20,000 nt of DNA, taken from an uncultured virus (IMG/VR IMGVR_UViG_3300031994_005371) (lineage: Duplodnaviria > Heunggongvirae > Uroviricota > Caudoviricetes). The notes under the pieces were generated by a model. That model was not told the DNA's origin, searched no databases, and saw only the letters and a program-made list of their open reading frames with translations. Where the stretch lies: the IMG/VR virus record IMGVR_UViG_3300031994_005371. One strand, given 5' to 3'. The stretch's first letter is position 1. Each line of letters begins with the position of its first letter. The translations under genes and the position numbers were made by a program. Below, in pieces: positions 8,564 to 16,493 of this stretch.

Positions 8564-8739
8564 AACTCAAAGATTTCTAATTGTTGTGGTTGCCGCCGCT
8601 TTTCGTCGCGCCGGTACTGGTCGTATCTTGCGCAATAGCCGCCTTTGTATGAGCAGTGCGCTTTGGTTGCGTTGTTGTACTGACAGCCGGTGCAGGACTC
8701 CTGCCCGTACTTGGCGAGCCATTCTTTTAGCGTCAGCAT
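8560..8739 (-). CDS. Small Cys-rich protein (MLTLKEWLAKYGQESCTGCQY...QQLEIFEL)
   Basis: 59-aa ORF read manually; CxxC...C...C; ATGA overlap with the MTase. Confidence 0.65.
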   Translation of the reverse strand: MLTLKEWLAKYGQESCTGCQYNNATKAHCSYKGGYCARYDQYRRDEKRRQPQQLEIFEL

Positions 8740-8888
8740 GATTTAAGGCTTGTTTCGTGGGCGTAGATTAACTTTCCGTCTGGTAAACGAACACGAATAC
8801 CTCTCGCGGTAAATTCTTCAATTACGCCCGTTTTAGGGCCGTTTACAGTGTCCCAGCAAACGCGGTCGCCAACTTTAAATTCTCCCAT
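8733..8888 (-). CDS. Small SH3/KOW-like barrel protein (MGEFKVGDRVCW...)
   Basis: FKVGDRV motif; ATG at 8888 directly after the upstream stop. Confidence 0.65.
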   Translation of the reverse strand: MGEFKVGDRVCWDTVNGPKTGVIEEFTARGIRVRLPDGKLIYAHETSLKSC

Positions 8889-8889
8889 G

Positions 8890-9831
8890 TCAAAATAGCG
8901 TTGGTTTGAAGTAGTCTTGACCTTTCGCCACAAAGAGCCGCTCGGTGGATTCCGTCGGCCTATCCGCGTTTAGCGTTGAGTTGATTTTGGTTTCCCAAAT
9001 ACACTCAAACCTATCCTCCGGCATTTCGTATTCGGAGATATAGACCGGCACGGTTTGTTTCTCAATCCACGCATAGAGCGCATCGGAGTCGAAGTCGGAT
9101 ATTTTCTTTTTCCCGTAGCCATTAGTCCCGGCGTATGGCGGGTCCAGATAAATGATAGAATCGGGCTCTATCACAACTTCGTTGTAGGATTTCTGCGATA
9201 TTTGCAGCCGGGCGACTCTTTCAAGATTTTGCAGCCGGGCGACTCTTTCAAGATTTTGCAGCCGGGCGACTCTTTCAAGATTTTGCAGCCGGGCGACGCG
9301 CTCCAAATGTTCCAAATGAACCTTTCCGGCGTTGCGGTGTTCGTCCTCGTTCTGGGCGTTGATAATGTCGTAGGCCATGAGCCTTCTCCGCTGGACGTCC
9401 GGCTCGGAGTCAATCGGCGTAAGGTCGTATCCGTATTGTGCTATCAGCGAATAATCCCGAAAGACTATCGCATAGTGCAAAGCCTTCTTGTAGTTCTCAA
9501 CCTCCCCGGCGGCGTAAATATACGTCCTGCAGTCCGTCCCGAACGAGAAAAGGAGCTTAATCAGCGCATCGTCGGTCTTGAAAAACTCCTCCCGCGAAAT
9601 CCACCTTTGCTCGTCCCGGTACTCACCGGCAAGGGCATTGGCGAAGATTTGCGGATAGGGCTTCACGTCATTTGCTACAACGCGCTTGTATTTGCCTGAA
9701 AACATGGCCGCATGAGTAATCGCACAGCCACCGGCGAAAAGGTCATAGAGCGTACCGGCTGGCGGAAGGTGCTCCAGCACCTCCTGCGCAATCCGCGATT
9801 TCGAGCCTTTGTATGGTAGTCCGTAAAGCAT
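8890..9831 (-). CDS. Dam-like (D12 class, alpha) DNA adenine methyltransferase with internal 9-aa repeats
   Basis: LPYKGSK, DLFAGGCA (motif I), VANDV, IYLDPPY (motif IV), YISEY. Confidence 0.88.
   Translation of the reverse strand: MLYGLPYKGSKSRIAQEVLEHLPPAGTLYDLFAGGCAITHAAMFSGKYKRVVANDVKPYPQIFANALAGEYRDEQRWISREEFFKTDDALIKLLFSFGTDCRTYIYAAGEVENYKKALHYAIVFRDYSLIAQYGYDLTPIDSEPDVQRRRLMAYDIINAQNEDEHRNAGKVHLEHLERVARLQNLERVARLQNLERVARLQNLERVARLQISQKSYNEVVIEPDSIIYLDPPYAGTNGYGKKKISDFDSDALYAWIEKQTVPVYISEYEMPEDRFECIWETKINSTLNADRPTESTERLFVAKGQDYFKPTLF
9201..9297. repeat. 27-bp perfect tandem repeat, ~3.6 copies (LERVARLQN)
   Basis: TTTGCAGCCGGGCGACTCTTTCAAGAT at 9201, 9228 and 9255, partial copy at 9282. 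Confidence 0.97.
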
Positions 9832-10214
9832 CAGAACAGCCTCCCCTGAAACGGCCCGCAGTATCTTTTTTTGCGCTGGCGTTCGATACTCTCACAAACA
9901 CCCATGATTGCCTCGGCCCGTCCGCGTAGCGAGTCCTCGTAGTCTTTAAGCTCGTCCTCGCTTTCGGCAACGTAGTAGCCCTTACTGGTTGCAATCAGGC
10001 ACGGTACTAAATCATTTTGGCGAATGTGGTTGATGATTTTTCTTATACGCGCTGGCCCAGGTCGTATTTCCACCGGGCAGGCGTCTGCTATTTGCTGGTT
10101 AAATACAGCGTTTTTGCGCCCGTAAGCGAGTTTCAGCGTTGGAATGATAAATTCCATTGCCAGAAGCTCAACGTCGCTTAAAGGGGCTGTTTCTTGGCTG
10201 AATCCTTGTAGCAT
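9831..10214 (-). CDS. Winged-helix-like phage protein
   Basis: QQIAD...PARIRKIINHIR...LIATSKGYY wHTH pattern. Confidence 0.7.
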   Translation of the reverse strand: MLQGFSQETAPLSDVELLAMEFIIPTLKLAYGRKNAVFNQQIADACPVEIRPGPARIRKIINHIRQNDLVPCLIATSKGYYVAESEDELKDYEDSLRGRAEAIMGVCESIERQRKKRYCGPFQGRLF

Positions 10215-10271
10215 AACTCAAAGTGTTTTGTATGGTAGCCGGAGGCGGTATCACCCGCGACCGGCTAATGT

Positions 10272-10762
10272 TTATTTCAGTTCGGTGTAGGTAACAATCA
10301 TCAGCTTGTTATCCTTGATAACCGCGCCCCGCTTTTTGAGCTCGGCCCAAAGCTCCTCGACCGTCATTTTTGAGATATAATCCGATTTGACATAGACCGG
10401 CTCGCCGGTGTTGGCTATGATGCCAACCGGGTTGTTTGCATAGCGTCTTGCAACCTGGTCCCTTTGGTTTTTGTGGATTGCATCTGCAACCGAGCGGATA
10501 AAATGGGGAGTCGGCTCGCTGGTGGCGGTCCACTTGTAGGCATAGAATACTCCTTTTCGATAGCCCTTGCTGTGGCGCACTTTTGAAAGTACCCCGCGCT
10601 TTACAAGCTCGCCTACAATGAGAACGAGTAACTGGTCGCCGAGGCCCTTGAATCCTTCTTTATACTCTTCGTCTTTTGTGGCGTTGTAGATAAAATCAAT
10701 CAGTTCTTTGTATCTTCCGAGGTTGGCATTTGCATTTACCCCCCCCCATTACTATTTTCCAT
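10272..10762 (-). pseudogene. Hypothetical gene frameshifted at a G9 tract (candidate phase-variable, OFF as assembled)
   Basis: ATG GAA AAT AGT AAT GGG GGG GGG TAA; the -1 frame is open from the tract (VNANANLGRYKELIDF...) into ORF 10272..10580; G10 gives 163 aa. Confidence 0.75.
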
Positions 10763-10764
10763 GA

Positions 10765-11196
10765 TTAGAAATTGATTAGGTTTTTCTCAAATTCTTCAAG
10801 AGATACGAACGGCTGAATCACCCCAAATACAACGTCCTTCAGCCTTTCGTAGAAAGTAGAGAACTCCGCGTTATCCATGTTGCTGAAATTCCATGATTTC
10901 GGTTTCTCGACAAAGGATTTAAGCCTGCGGTTAAAGTAAACGTCGTAGTACCCGGCGGCAACCGTCAGATAATCCCGAAAACCCTCCACGGACCGGAATC
11001 CGTTTTGGGTTTTCTCGGGAAGATAGGACCACGCCGCGTTGACGAGCGCAAAGGCTTTCTTGTGGAGCTCATAGTTTCGCGCCAGCCGGATTTCAGCCGT
11101 GTAAACTTCTCCGATTTTCAGCATTTTCTTTGCGTCAAAATCCTCGTCGTAACACGGCTTCAATCCTTGCGGTGTGTTAAGTAGTGTGAGTTTCAT
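10765..11196 (-). CDS. DUF1367 / NinB-like recombination-associated protein
   Basis: RNYELHKKAFALV...PKSWNFSNMD..EFS.FYE pattern; directly downstream of ssb. Confidence 0.7.
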   Translation of the reverse strand: MKLTLLNTPQGLKPCYDEDFDAKKMLKIGEVYTAEIRLARNYELHKKAFALVNAAWSYLPEKTQNGFRSVEGFRDYLTVAAGYYDVYFNRRLKSFVEKPKSWNFSNMDNAEFSTFYERLKDVVFGVIQPFVSLEEFEKNLINF

Positions 11197-11822
11197 TAGA
11201 ATCCCGGAGGAAGGTCGTCCGGCTGGGGTGTGGTGTAGGCCGGGTCGTTCATCGGAGGATACTGCTGATTACCGGGCTGGCCGGGCTGCGGTACTGCCGG
11301 AGGGGGCGTAGGCATTCCACCCTGGGGGGGGTAAGCGGGTGCTGCTCCCTGTGGTGGGTATGCCGGTTGCTGGTACTGCGGTTGAGGTGGAGCCGCCGGG
11401 TAGCCGGGGGCCGGAGGTGCATAACCCTGCGGAGGCTGGGCGTAACCACCCTGCGGAGGATAACCCGGCTGGGCCGGTGCGGCATTTGCTGGCTTGGGGC
11501 CGAGGAGCTGGAGGTTGAATACCTGAATCTCGGTGGCGTAGCGCTTTGCTCCGCTTTGGTCCGTCCATTCGCGGGTGTGGAGCTTGCCTTGAACGTAGAG
11601 CGACGTGCCCTTCCTGACGTAGTTTGCCACAACGTCAACGGTCTTACCGTTTGCGACGAGCGAAATCCACTCGGTCGTTTCTTTCGGCTGGCCGTCACGC
11701 GCTGTAAACCTCTCCGTCACGGCGATACGCAGATTTGCCACGCGCCCGCCGTCTTGGAACGTGCGGATTTCCGGGTCGGCCCCCACGTTTCCGATAAACT
11801 GACAAAGATTAAGTGCTGACAT
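11196..11822 (-). CDS. ssb: Single-stranded DNA-binding protein
   Basis: LN...IGNVGADPEIR, ETTEW, KG..LYVQGKL.TR.W.D..G.KRY.TEI; Pro/Gln linker; acidic tail DDLPPGF. Confidence 0.95.
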   Translation of the reverse strand: MSALNLCQFIGNVGADPEIRTFQDGGRVANLRIAVTERFTARDGQPKETTEWISLVANGKTVDVVANYVRKGTSLYVQGKLHTREWTDQSGAKRYATEIQVFNLQLLGPKPANAAPAQPGYPPQGGYAQPPQGYAPPAPGYPAAPPQPQYQQPAYPPQGAAPAYPPQGGMPTPPPAVPQPGQPGNQQYPPMNDPAYTTPQPDDLPPGF

Positions 11823-11828
11823 AGCTTT

Positions 11829-12140
11829 TTATGATTTGATTTTACTTGGTGTTACTGGAAATTCGGCAACGGTCTGGGCGTTTACGACTTTCACTTTTGC
11901 ATTTGCTCTTGCGAAGGCAACCGATACGGCAGACCATATTTCGCGGAGCGCATCGTCATTGTCAAGGGCGCAACAAGTCGCACCAACAACGTCAGAGCCC
12001 TTCCCGGAAACAAGGAATCCCACGCGCTCCCCATGCGCACCAACGCAAAGGAGCATTCCGTGTTCTTCCTCGTGTTCCTGCGCGAAGTTTTTGCAAGCGT
12101 CCAGCGCCTCCCAAAACTCTTCGACGGTGTTAATCTTCAT
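11829..12140 (-). CDS. Hypothetical phage protein (probable paralogue of 12130..12459)
   Basis: Both start MKIN and share a G...G...D...A..ND pattern. Confidence 0.75.
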   Translation of the reverse strand: MKINTVEEFWEALDACKNFAQEHEEEHGMLLCVGAHGERVGFLVSGKGSDVVGATCCALDNDDALREIWSAVSVAFARANAKVKVVNAQTVAEFPVTPSKIKS

Positions 12141-12459
12141 GGCGAACCCCTTTTGCTTTCAATTCGTCGAGAAGCGCACCCTTCGTAATGTGGTCCAGAC
12201 TGATGGCGAGGCAGGCCCTGTCGAGTAATGCGTGGAATCCGCTATCGTTCTTGTAGGCATGGAGAAGCGACTCGGTAAGCATGTCCGCCGGGCCGGTGAG
12301 CACCCCGTGGAATCCGTGGTCCTCTCCCTCCGTATGAACGTAGCCAATAATAAGAGCGTCTTTCTTTTCGTTGTCGGGCTGTTTCTTGTTATTCTCAACG
12401 ACAAACTCGCGGATAGCCAAAATGGCCTCTTCGCATTCTTGGTAATTGTTAATCTTCAT
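12130..12459 (-). CDS. Hypothetical phage protein
   Basis: 109-aa ORF overlapping its neighbours. Confidence 0.75.
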   Translation of the reverse strand: MKINNYQECEEAILAIREFVVENNKKQPDNEKKDALIIGYVHTEGEDHGFHGVLTGPADMLTESLLHAYKNDSGFHALLDRACLAISLDHITKGALLDELKAKGVRHED

Positions 12460-13378
12460 TGGGCTTAAAACTTACTGAACCTTTGACTTGGATTTCCTTT
12501 GCGACCTTTGCAAAGACAGCCGGAAATTGCTCCTTCAGCTTTGCGGTGTCGCATCTTACCTGCGTGCTTGCGGCCCGGCGCTTGAATACGCCGCCCTCGG
12601 CCTGCAGTTCTGTGAGATTGTGCTCCTCCATGTAGGCGAGCACTTTTGCATCGTTGGCTTTCATAGCCCCCTCAATCTGCTTTATCTGGGCTTTGAGGAT
12701 TGCTATCTTTCGTGCGTTGGAAACATAGACGGAAAGCTCACCGGCAGGGATTGCGACCTCAACGCCGGGCTTCTCGTTTTCGTCCATGTAAATAAGGCCC
12801 TTTTTCTCGGCTTCTAAAAGACTTTCTACCTCGGCTTTGGTAACTGGCTCAACCGGGATAAAATCTTTGATTTTACGGGCCTTTTTGTCAATCCAAAGAC
12901 AGTGACAGGATTCCACTTCGTAACCCGGATTCAGCCGCTCAAAAAGATACTTGTAGATTCCGAGCTGCCACTCCAAAGGGCGGCGGTGGTATTTCTGCGT
13001 TGTCTTGAAGTCAACCAGCTTTACCTTTTTCTTTGTGGAGCCTTCGTAAACCCCGTCGATTGCCGAGGCCACGGTTTCGTAGTCCGTCACTTGGTATTCG
13101 CTGGCGATGAATTTCAGTCCGAGTTTCTTGTAGTCCGAAATGAGGTCGCTTGCGAGTACCGAAATGCCGTTTTCGTAGTCTTGGATTTCTTGGTGGATTG
13201 CCGTGCCTTCTTCTGCGGCCTTCCGTAGCGTAGCCTCCGGGATTCCGGAGTAGTCGGGTGCAAGCCCGTGCTTTTTCATCAGGCTTGTTACACCCATGAG
13301 GAGCGTTTCGCCGTCCAGCACATAGCTGTGCGAGGTCGGCTCAAAAAACACTCGTTTAGTTGTGTCCGTTAGCTGCAT
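12449..13378 (-). CDS. PD-(D/E)XK exonuclease (recombination nuclease partner of ERF)
   Basis: GVTSL, EGTAIH..I, SEY, AIDG, LVDFKTT, WQL.IY motifs; C-terminal coiled coil. Confidence 0.85.
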   Translation of the reverse strand: MQLTDTTKRVFFEPTSHSYVLDGETLLMGVTSLMKKHGLAPDYSGIPEATLRKAAEEGTAIHQEIQDYENGISVLASDLISDYKKLGLKFIASEYQVTDYETVASAIDGVYEGSTKKKVKLVDFKTTQKYHRRPLEWQLGIYKYLFERLNPGYEVESCHCLWIDKKARKIKDFIPVEPVTKAEVESLLEAEKKGLIYMDENEKPGVEVAIPAGELSVYVSNARKIAILKAQIKQIEGAMKANDAKVLAYMEEHNLTELQAEGGVFKRRAASTQVRCDTAKLKEQFPAVFAKVAKEIQVKGSVSFKPNED

Positions 13379-13952
13379 CGTTAAGCTCCTTCATGTGTTT
13401 GTTGTAAGCCTTGATAAAGTCCTTGTCTTTGCCAATGGCAAATTGTGAGTAGTACTGCCATGCGGCCTGCATATCTTGGGCGGTTTTAAGGCCGTTGATA
13501 TAGGCGATAGCGTTTTGGACGGTCATTTCCTGCTCTGGTGTTTTCGGTGCGTCCACGTCGTCCTTGTCGGTCTGAATGTGGAAGTACTTTAAGAGGAAAT
13601 AACGCTCGCCGTAGGTCAGCGCGGAGCCGTAGCCCTTATCAAATCCATTCATGCCGGAGGAGGCCCATAAGCACTCTTGCTTTTCGCCGGTGTCCGTGTC
13701 AATCCATGTAAATTTGATTTTGAGGGCGCAGAACATTTCGGATTTCTGCCCTGACTTAACGGCGTAGTCTTGCCGTGTGAAACTTGCCTCCAGCACCTCC
13801 GGCACGAGGATTAGGCCGAGCTCGTCCATTTTGGGGCGCACGATTGAGAGGATTTTGTTGCCAGAAACATACGCCCCGGCGTTCCCCTGCGCGTCCTTCA
13901 AAAGTCCCGTTACGGCCTTCTGGAGTTCAAGGAGTTTTTTGTGTAGTGCCAT
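13356..13952 (-). CDS. erf: ERF-family ssDNA-annealing protein
   Basis: DKGYGSALTYGERYFLLKYFHI.T.DD.D ERF signature. Confidence 0.88.
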   Translation of the reverse strand: MALHKKLLELQKAVTGLLKDAQGNAGAYVSGNKILSIVRPKMDELGLILVPEVLEASFTRQDYAVKSGQKSEMFCALKIKFTWIDTDTGEKQECLWASSGMNGFDKGYGSALTYGERYFLLKYFHIQTDKDDVDAPKTPEQEMTVQNAIAYINGLKTAQDMQAAWQYYSQFAIGKDKDFIKAYNKHMKELNDAANGHN

Positions 13953-13955
13953 ATT

Positions 13956-14682
13956 TTAGAATAATGATAGTTGCGTGTTTTCTTGTGGCTTCCCCAAAAC
14001 GAAATCGCAGATAAAGTTCCTGGCGTAGTCCGGGGAAATCATCGAGCGCTCTTGATTGCAGAGTCCCGGCTGGCGATTCGGCTCTATTTGACAAATGTTC
14101 TTGCCTTTTGCCGTTGGTTGGGCCGTTACTTGGCTCGTCGGCTCGCAGTTCACAAACCAATATGCCGTCGGCTTCACAAAGTGGTCGCCACGGAGAAGCC
14201 GGTTTGCATCAATGACTGACGGATTGGCCGGGAAGTTTTGTTTGAGGAATGTTTGTTCGCTCCAGGGATTTTCTATAATCATGCGGAGCCCGCGAATTTT
14301 GGCGATACCCCAAAGACGGACGGCGCGGCCAAAGAAAAGCTCTCGATTACCGGCCCTTTCCAAAATCGCGTCTATCCGTTGCTTGGGCGTGTAATTCTTG
14401 TAGTTCCGGTGCGTATAGCTAATCAGCATTTGCGACATGCAGGAAAAGTATATGCACGGGAAGAAGGCCACAATCAAATCATCGGGCGTAACCGAATCGA
14501 ATATTGACATACCCCCCCCCATACGCTTTTTCGATTTCCGCGAAAAGGTCTATAACGTGGTCCGTCTGGCCGAAATTGTTTTGTATATCGTAATCTTCGG
14601 CTGGAATACCCAATTTTATAAACTCGTTCTTGAATGTGCCGGATTGCTCGAAGAAGCAATGTACTTTTCCGTTAATCTCCAT
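13956..14682 (-). pseudogene. C5-cytosine-methyltransferase-like phage gene split at a G9 tract (candidate phase-variable, OFF as assembled)
   Basis: 5' half MEINGKVHCFFEQSG...DYDI...IDLF (motif I-III-like); 3' half AFFPC (motif IV PC), IIENP (motif VI), KPT.YW; G8 joins them into 241 aa. Confidence 0.75.
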
Positions 14683-14948
14683 TACAACTCCTCCCCTTCC
14701 GTACAATAAACCGCGTCGCCGACTATATCTGCGTAGCCGAACTGATGCACCAGCTCGCTCGCCTTGCGGTTGTGTTGTAAATCCAGCAAGCGCCCGTCCT
14801 CGTTAACCACAAGCACATGGCCCTTACCCACCCTGAACTGCGCCACGAAGCCGCCAACATAATCCTGGAGCTCGCGGAGCGTGAATTTCTTTTTATTTTT
14901 CGGGGCGATATAGATTTTCTCCCCGGTGGTCTTATAAAGTGTAGCCAT
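14682..14948 (-). CDS. DUF3846-like phage protein
   Basis: FTLRELQDYVGG...LVVNEDG.L..L..N.KAS...IVGD pattern. Confidence 0.75.
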   Translation of the reverse strand: MATLYKTTGEKIYIAPKNKKKFTLRELQDYVGGFVAQFRVGKGHVLVVNEDGRLLDLQHNRKASELVHQFGYADIVGDAVYCTEGEEL

Positions 14949-15106
14949 TATAGTAATCCTGCTTGGTATTCTTCTCTGTGATAACCGTCCACGGCGATAC
15001 GGTGGAGGATTTGTCGGGCCTCCTCCGTATCCGCCTCGTCCGGCTCAATCTCGGCCCAATACTGATTGCGGGCCTTCTCAATGAGGGCTTTATCTCTTTC
15101 CGTCAT
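14948..15106 (-). CDS. Small acidic hypothetical protein (MTERDKALIEKA...)
   Basis: Start trimmed to the ATG at 15106; TAATG overlap with the downstream gene. Confidence 0.65.
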   Translation of the reverse strand: MTERDKALIEKARNQYWAEIEPDEADTEEARQILHRIAVDGYHREEYQAGLL

Positions 15107-15383
15107 TTGCCATTTCTTCAAGGGCCTCCATATTGCGAGCCCAATAACCGGCCACAAAGAAAGCCTCCCATAGTTTGACAAAATCACTAAATATCTCGCT
15201 GGGCATAGGACTGTAAAGCATGCAAAAGAGCTCAACAATCGGCAACGGAACGGACTTTCGCCACGCTTCCAACGTGGGTATCTTCGCCTTGTCGAAAAGC
15301 TCGGCAATGTGATTCGTGGCCTCGTCGCTCATTAAGTTGGCCGCGTTAGCCTTCTTCATGGCTTCTTCAATGAATTTCTCCAT
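15090..15383 (-). CDS. Hypothetical phage protein (MEKFIEEA...)
   Basis: Start at 15383 follows the stop at 15394 and a CTTTGAGT motif. Confidence 0.7.
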   Translation of the reverse strand: MEKFIEEAMKKANAANLMSDEATNHIAELFDKAKIPTLEAWRKSVPLPIVELFCMLYSPMPSEIFSDFVKLWEAFFVAGYWARNMEALEEMANDGKR

Positions 15384-15393
15384 ACTCAAAGAT

Positions 15394-15567
15394 TTATTTG
15401 GTTGAACATTTGTCAAGCCGATTCAGCGCCCAACCGCAGACCGCGACAACGGCCAGCCAGCCGAGCGTCCACGGGAGGCAAGTCCCTCCGTCTGCCGTTT
15501 CGCCACCGGCAAGGACCAGGGCGAATAATAGAACAACGGCGATTAAAGATTTGGCAATTTTTCTCAT
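15394..15567 (-). CDS. Small two-TM membrane protein
   Basis: MRKIAKSLIAVVLLFALVLAGG...WTLGWLAVVAVCGWAL. Confidence 0.7.
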   Translation of the reverse strand: MRKIAKSLIAVVLLFALVLAGGETADGGTCLPWTLGWLAVVAVCGWALNRLDKCSTK

Positions 15568-15575
15568 ATCGGAAA

Positions 15576-16097
15576 TTATTTGGATTCCAATGGTGCGAAA
15601 TCGTACCACCCACGGATTGAGCCTATCTTCTGGCCGCGAGGGACTTTCTCAATACGGGGAGCCCGTTTCGTTTCCGGGGTGTAGTAGGCAATCAAATTCT
15701 CTTTATCGACAATGTAGCCGAGGCGTTCAAGGCGGTTTCGTTGGAAAAGCCTCGCCCTCGGCTCGCTGGTGTAGTGCCGCCCTTTTTGTGCGGGTAACAT
15801 GCCCCACCGAATACGCATCTTGTCTATATCGTATTGCTTTTTCAGTGTGGCCTCGCGCTTGGCGTAGGATTCAGGGGTGTTAATCCGTTTTCCGTACCCG
15901 CCCTTTATTGCAACCTCGCGGCACTGGCGCACGATAAACTCTTTTGACTTGCGCCAGCCGTGTTTCTCGGCCCGGCTTTTTATCGTCCACTTGGAAAGCC
16001 CCAAAGCCTCGGCAATCTCGGCGTTAGATTCGTTGGGGTAATGCTGGGCGATATAGTCAAGCTGCTCTTTGTTCAGGTGCTTGGATTTTGGTTTCAT
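15576..16097 (-). CDS. HTH-containing basic phage protein
   Basis: EQLDYIAQHYP..SNAEIAEALGLSKWTIKSRA HTH; start moved to 16097 because the longer ORF runs through tRNA genes. Confidence 0.75.
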   Translation of the reverse strand: MKPKSKHLNKEQLDYIAQHYPNESNAEIAEALGLSKWTIKSRAEKHGWRKSKEFIVRQCREVAIKGGYGKRINTPESYAKREATLKKQYDIDKMRIRWGMLPAQKGRHYTSEPRARLFQRNRLERLGYIVDKENLIAYYTPETKRAPRIEKVPRGQKIGSIRGWYDFAPLESK

Positions 16098-16180
16098 TCT
16101 CAAAGATTTGTAAAGCCTCCCCGCATTTCGCAACGCAAGGGAGGCGGAGTGTTTTGTCATAAAGGCCCGCATTGGGGTTG

Positions 16181-16255
16181 TTGCTGGAGCCGGAGTCGAA
16201 CCGGCAACCTTTGGAGTCAAAGTCCAACGCTCTAAACCATTTGCGCTATCCAGCA
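16181..16255 (-). tRNA. tRNA-Gln(TTG)
   Basis: Acceptor TGCTGGA/TCCAGCA, anticodon arm TTGGA-CTTTGAC-TCCAA, T arm GCCGG-TTCGACT-CCGGC. Confidence 0.9.
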
Positions 16256-16316
16256 ATAGTGCCGGGGCTTGTATGCACCCCGACGGGTGTATTGAGAGAG
16301 TAATTAGAGGTGTTTG

Positions 16317-16398
16317 TGCCCGGGGAGGGACTCGAACCCTCACGCCGTATGGCAACGGCTCCTTAAACCGTTGTGTCTGCCAGTTTCACCACCCGGGC
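16317..16398 (-). tRNA. tRNA-Leu(AAG)
   Basis: Acceptor GCCCGGG/CCCGGGC, A73, long variable arm, anticodon arm ACGGT-TTAAGGA-GCCGT (U33, A34, G37). Confidence 0.85.
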
Positions 16399-16409
16399 AA
16401 AGTGATTTG

Positions 16410-16491
16410 TGGCCCCGGAGGGACTCGAACCCCCAATCCCGTAGGCGGCAAGGTTTGAGCTTGCCGTGTATTCCAATTCCACCACGGGGCC
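16410..16491 (-). tRNA. tRNA-Leu(CAA)
   Basis: Acceptor GGCCCCG/CGGGGCC, anticodon arm GCAAG-CTCAAAC-CTTGC, long variable arm, T loop TTCGAGT. Confidence 0.9.
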
Positions 16492-16493
16492 AA

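Noticed and set aside
9201..9297. 27-bp repeats as a CRISPR array
   Set aside because: Units are contiguous with no spacers and lie in frame inside a CDS
3707..9699. Long plus-strand ORFs (3707..4390, 9055..9699 and similar)
   Set aside because: Antisense shadows of well-supported minus-strand genes with no recognisable motifs
7694..9831. Complete restriction-modification system
   Set aside because: No cognate endonuclease is recognisable; these look like orphan phage MTases
11324..11331. G8/C8 tract in ssb as a third phase-variable site
   Set aside because: In frame, encodes Tyr-Pro-Pro-Gln within a Pro-rich linker, and the gene is intact
12449..13378. Cas4 / CRISPR adaptation gene
   Set aside because: Lacks the four-Cys Fe-S pattern; its position between ERF and SSB fits a recombination exonuclease
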